This document shows, one piece after another, positions 48,937 through 53,183 of a stretch of DNA of 53,183 nt. Position 1 is the first letter of the stretch, and each line of letters opens with the position of its first letter. Origin of the DNA: Thermodesulfobacteriota bacterium (GTDB lineage Bacteria; DASVDK01); assembly GCA_036381125.1 (NCBI GenBank), contig DASVDK010000059.1, positions 1 through 53,183 on the forward strand, written 5' to 3'. The position numbers and the translations under genes are program-made. A model generated the notes under the pieces. The model was not told the origin of the DNA. It searched no databases and worked only from the letters and a program-made list of their open reading frames with translations.

Positions 48937-50016
48937 TCAGACCCCGAGCGCCTCGGTGAGCGCGGCGAGCGTGGGGGGGACGGTCCGGGGCCGGCGCGTC
49001 GCCTGACCGACCGCCGTGTCCGGGTCCTTGAGGCCGTGCCCCGTCAGCGTGCAGACCAGCCGGCGTGCGCCGGGCGGCAGGTCTCCCTCGCGGGCCAGCC
49101 TGAGCAGGCCGGCCAGACCGGCCGCCGAGGCCGGCTCGCAGAAGACCCCCTCCTCCGCCGCGAGGCGTCGGTAGGCGTCGAGGAGGTCGGCGTCGCTCAC
49201 CGCGACGATCGCGCCCTGCGACTCGTCACGAGCCGCGATCGCGCCCGACCAGGAGGCGGGGTTGCCGATGCGGATGGCGGTCGCCACGGTCTCGGGCCGC
49301 TCGACGGCGCGGCCGAGCACGAGGGGGGCCGCGCCCTCGGCCTGGACGCCGAGCATCCGCGGGCGGCCCCGTACCACCCCCGCCGCCTCGTACGCGAGAT
49401 AGCCCTTCCAGCAGGCGGTGATGTTGCCGGCGTTGCCGACCGGCAGGGCGTGCAGGTCGGGTGGACCGCCCAGGGCGTCGCACACCTCGAAGGCCGCGGT
49501 CATCTGGCCCTCGATCCGGTGCGGGTTCACGGAGTTCACCAGGGCGATCGGGTGCGTCGAGGCGATCTCCCGGACGAGGCGCAGCGCCTCGTCGAAGTTC
49601 CCCTCGATCTGGACCACCTCGGCGCCGTGCATCATCGCCTGGGAGAGCTTGCCGAGGGCGATCTTGCCGGCCGGGATCACGACCACCGCGCGCAAGCCCC
49701 CCCGCGCCGCATAGGCCGCGGCCGACGCGGCGGTGTTGCCCGTGGAGGCGCAGATGACGGCCGTGGCGCCCGCGGCCCTGGCCTTGGTGACGGCCACCGT
49801 CATGCCGCGGTCCTTGAAGGACCCGGTCGGGTTCTGCCCCTCGAGCTTGAGCCAGAGCCGCACCCCCGCGCCGATGGCGCGGGCCAGCCGCGGGGCCTCG
49901 ACGAGCGGCGTGTTGCCCTCGTGGAGCGTCACGACGGCGTCGTCGCCCCCCTCGAAGGGGACGAAGCGCCGGTAGGCGCGCATGATCCCCGGCCAGGTCG
50001 AGATCGCGTCCCTCAT
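48937..50016 (-). CDS. thrC: Threonine synthase
   Basis: [16 protein letters not shown] (PLP Lys), CASTGNT, PVGNAGN, FCEPASA, TGHGLKD; ATG at 50016. Confidence 0.96.
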   Translation of the reverse strand: MRDAISTWPGIMRAYRRFVPFEGGDDAVVTLHEGNTPLVEAPRLARAIGAGVRLWLKLEGQNPTGSFKDRGMTVAVTKARAAGATAVICASTGNTAASAAAYAARGGLRAVVVIPAGKIALGKLSQAMMHGAEVVQIEGNFDEALRLVREIASTHPIALVNSVNPHRIEGQMTAAFEVCDALGGPPDLHALPVGNAGNITACWKGYLAYEAAGVVRGRPRMLGVQAEGAAPLVLGRAVERPETVATAIRIGNPASWSGAIAARDESQGAIVAVSDADLLDAYRRLAAEEGVFCEPASAAGLAGLLRLAREGDLPPGARRLVCTLTGHGLKDPDTAVGQATRRPRTVPPTLAALTEALGV

Positions 50017-51326
50017 CCGAGCCGGTCCTCGATGCGGATCCTGAGCGACGGCTCCTGCACGACGTCCAGGCGATCGATCTCGGCGAGCGCCGCCCGGACG
50101 TTCGCCTCGCGCGCCTCGTGCGTCATCATGACGATCGGCACCGCCGCCTCGGTCTCGCGCCCCTCCTGGATCATCGACGCGATCGAGACGTCGCATCGCC
50201 CGAGGACGCCGGCGATCTTGGCGAGGACGCCCGGCCGGTCGACGACCTGGAAGCGGAAGTAGTACCGCGACACGACCCGGTCGATCGGCAGCACGACGCG
50301 CGGCGTGAGCGCGTGCATCTGGTAGCCGAGCGGCGGCGTGCGGTGCGACGCCCCGACGAGCAGGTTGCGCGCGATGTCGACGACGTCCGAGACGACGGCG
50401 CTGCCGGTCGGCAGCGCCCCGGCGCCCCGGCCGTAGAGCAGCACCGGCCCCGTGGTGTCCCCCTTGATGTACAGGGCGTTGAAGACGCCGCCGACGGCCG
50501 CGAGCGGGTGGTCGGCCGGCACCATCGTCGGGTGGACGCGCGCCTCCACGGCGCCGTCGGAGTCCTGCTTGGCGATCGCCAGGAGCTTGACCCGGTAGCC
50601 GAACTCGCGCGCGAACCGCAGGTCCGTGGGGGTGATCCGGCCGATCCCCTCGGTGTAGATCCGGTCGAAGTCGATCGGGTGCCCGAAGGCGAGCGCGACG
50701 AGGATGGCGAGCTTGTGCGCGGCGTCGATCCCCTCGACGTCCATCGTCGGATCGGCCTCGGCGTAGCCCCTGGCCTGCGCGGCGGCCAGGACCTCCGCGA
50801 ACGGCGCGCCGTCGTCCGTCATCCGGGACAGGATGTAGTTCGACGTGCCGTTGATGATCCCGTAGAGCGCGCGCACCTCGGAGGCGACCAGCCCCTCCTT
50901 GAGGGCGCGGATGAGGGGGATGCCGCCCCCCACCGACGCCTCGAAGCCGAGGTCGACGCCGGCCTCCGCCGCCGCCCGGTAGAGTTCCGGGCCGTGGAGG
51001 GCGAGGAGCGCCTTGTTGGCGGTGACGACCGCCTTGCCGTTGCGGATGGCGCGCAGGATGAGCGTGCGCGCCGGCTCGATGCCCCCCATCACCTCCACCA
51101 CGACCGCGACGCCGGGGTCGTCCACCACGGCGTGCGGGTCGGTGGTGAGCACCCGTCGGTCGAGCGGCACCTCGCGCGGCCGGTCGAGGTCGCGCACCGC
51201 GGCCCGCCTGACCACGAGGCGCGCGCCGAGGCGGCTCTCGAGCAGCGGGCCCTTCTCCGCGAGGATCTGGACCGTGCCCCGCCCGACCGTGCCGAGCCCG
51301 AGGAGCCCGATCTCGACGGTCTTCAT
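50013..51326 (-). CDS. hom: Homoserine dehydrogenase with ACT domain
   Basis: [45 protein letters not shown]. Confidence 0.97.
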   Translation of the reverse strand: MKTVEIGLLGLGTVGRGTVQILAEKGPLLESRLGARLVVRRAAVRDLDRPREVPLDRRVLTTDPHAVVDDPGVAVVVEVMGGIEPARTLILRAIRNGKAVVTANKALLALHGPELYRAAAEAGVDLGFEASVGGGIPLIRALKEGLVASEVRALYGIINGTSNYILSRMTDDGAPFAEVLAAAQARGYAEADPTMDVEGIDAAHKLAILVALAFGHPIDFDRIYTEGIGRITPTDLRFAREFGYRVKLLAIAKQDSDGAVEARVHPTMVPADHPLAAVGGVFNALYIKGDTTGPVLLYGRGAGALPTGSAVVSDVVDIARNLLVGASHRTPPLGYQMHALTPRVVLPIDRVVSRYYFRFQVVDRPGVLAKIAGVLGRCDVSIASMIQEGRETEAAVPIVMMTHEAREANVRAALAEIDRLDVVQEPSLRIRIEDRLG

Positions 51327-51447
51327 CTGCGGGGGGCCTCTCCGCCCCCCGAGGCGAGCGCGCCGCCGAGCCCGCCCCCCCGCTCCCCCCGATCGCCCGG
51401 TCCGGCAAGGCAGGACCGGGCTCTCGTTGCCGGCCGGCCCGCCGCGC

Positions 51448-52686
<1,239 letters not shown>

Positions 52687-52718
52687 TGGCAGGCGGCTCC
52701 CTTGGTCGAAACGGCGCA

Positions 52719-52747
52719 TCTTTACAGGAGCCCGGCCGGTGCGTCAA
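52719..52747 (-). promoter_or_regulatory. Putative sigma70 promoter for alaC-hom-thrC
   Basis: Minus strand TTGACG (52747-52742), 17 nt, TAAAGA (52724-52719). Confidence 0.45.
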
Positions 52748-52801
52748 CGGTGCGCTGCGGGGCGCGCCCAGGCTCGCCTCGGCCGCCGACGCCGCGCCGG
52801 A

Positions 52802-53183
52802 TCACGCCGCGGCCCCGGCTGCCTGCGCGAGGATCCACTCCCGGAAGAGCCGCACCTTCGGCACGTCGGCGTGCTTCGCGCGATAGAGCAGGTAGTACCC
52901 GCCCTCGCTCCGGACCGGGATGTCGATCGGCACGACGAGGTTGCCGACCGCGAGGTCGCCCGCCACCAGGACCCGGGGCACCATCGCGATGCCGCGCCCC
53001 TCGCCGGCCGCCTGCAGCGTCATGAAGAAGTGGCCGTAGGACAGCTCCGCCCTGGGGACGAGGCCGTCGAGCCCGACCGCCGCGAGCCAGTCGGGCCACG
53101 CGTGCGGTCGCGTGGCCGTGTGGAGCAGCACGTGGTTCGCCAGGTCCCCGGGGGCCCGGAGCGGAGGGCCGGAGGCGAGCAGG
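52802..53183 (-). CDS. LysR-family (GcvA-like) regulator, C-terminal part (truncated by window edge)
   Basis: LLH...WPDWL..., LQAAGEGRGIA, GNLVVP, YYL, FREWI are typical of the GcvA-like effector domain. Confidence 0.85.
   Translation of the reverse strand, partial: LLASGPPLRAPGDLANHVLLHTATRPHAWPDWLAAVGLDGLVPRAELSYGHFFMTLQAAGEGRGIAMVPRVLVAGDLAVGNLVVPIDIPVRSEGGYYLLYRAKHADVPKVRLFREWILAQAAGAAA

Overview
Very GC-rich bacterial chromosomal window with about 50 genes. I found no rRNA, tRNA, CRISPR array, transposase or integrase. From left to right: the 3' end of pyk, a JAMM/M67 protein, a duplicated-domain hypothetical protein and a PilT-type ATPase. Next is a minus-strand cassette of DUF169, an atypical two-subunit CoA-transferase-fold pair, a CaiB CoA-transferase, an orphan LivG ATPase and a lysine-free class III aminotransferase homologue. 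A long MerR-led acyl-CoA cluster follows, built around a B12 mutase with isobutyryl-CoA mutase signature residues (icmA/icmB/meaB, 2 thiolases, 2 hbd, 2 acyl-CoA dehydrogenases, crotonase, FlK-like thioesterase). Then come rtcA, a DMT/MarR/pirin unit with MhqR-like operators, and two tandem paralogous Liv-type ABC plus acyl-CoA ligase operons with a paaK-like ligase. The right end holds housekeeping genes (glpX, ybgC-like, thrC, hom, alaC-like, partial LysR). The strongest candidate for an undescribed system is the four-gene plus-strand locus at 42105-47227: two paralogous cysteine-free pilin-like secreted proteins, a chaperone-like protein and a 923-aa usher-like outer-membrane protein fused to an OmpA peptidoglycan-binding domain. 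Two identical sigma54 promoter motifs precede it. A 75-bp REP-like element with a 25-bp tandem unit occurs twice (11877-11951 and, inverted, 47320-47394). All calls come from reading motifs by eye; no database searches were run.
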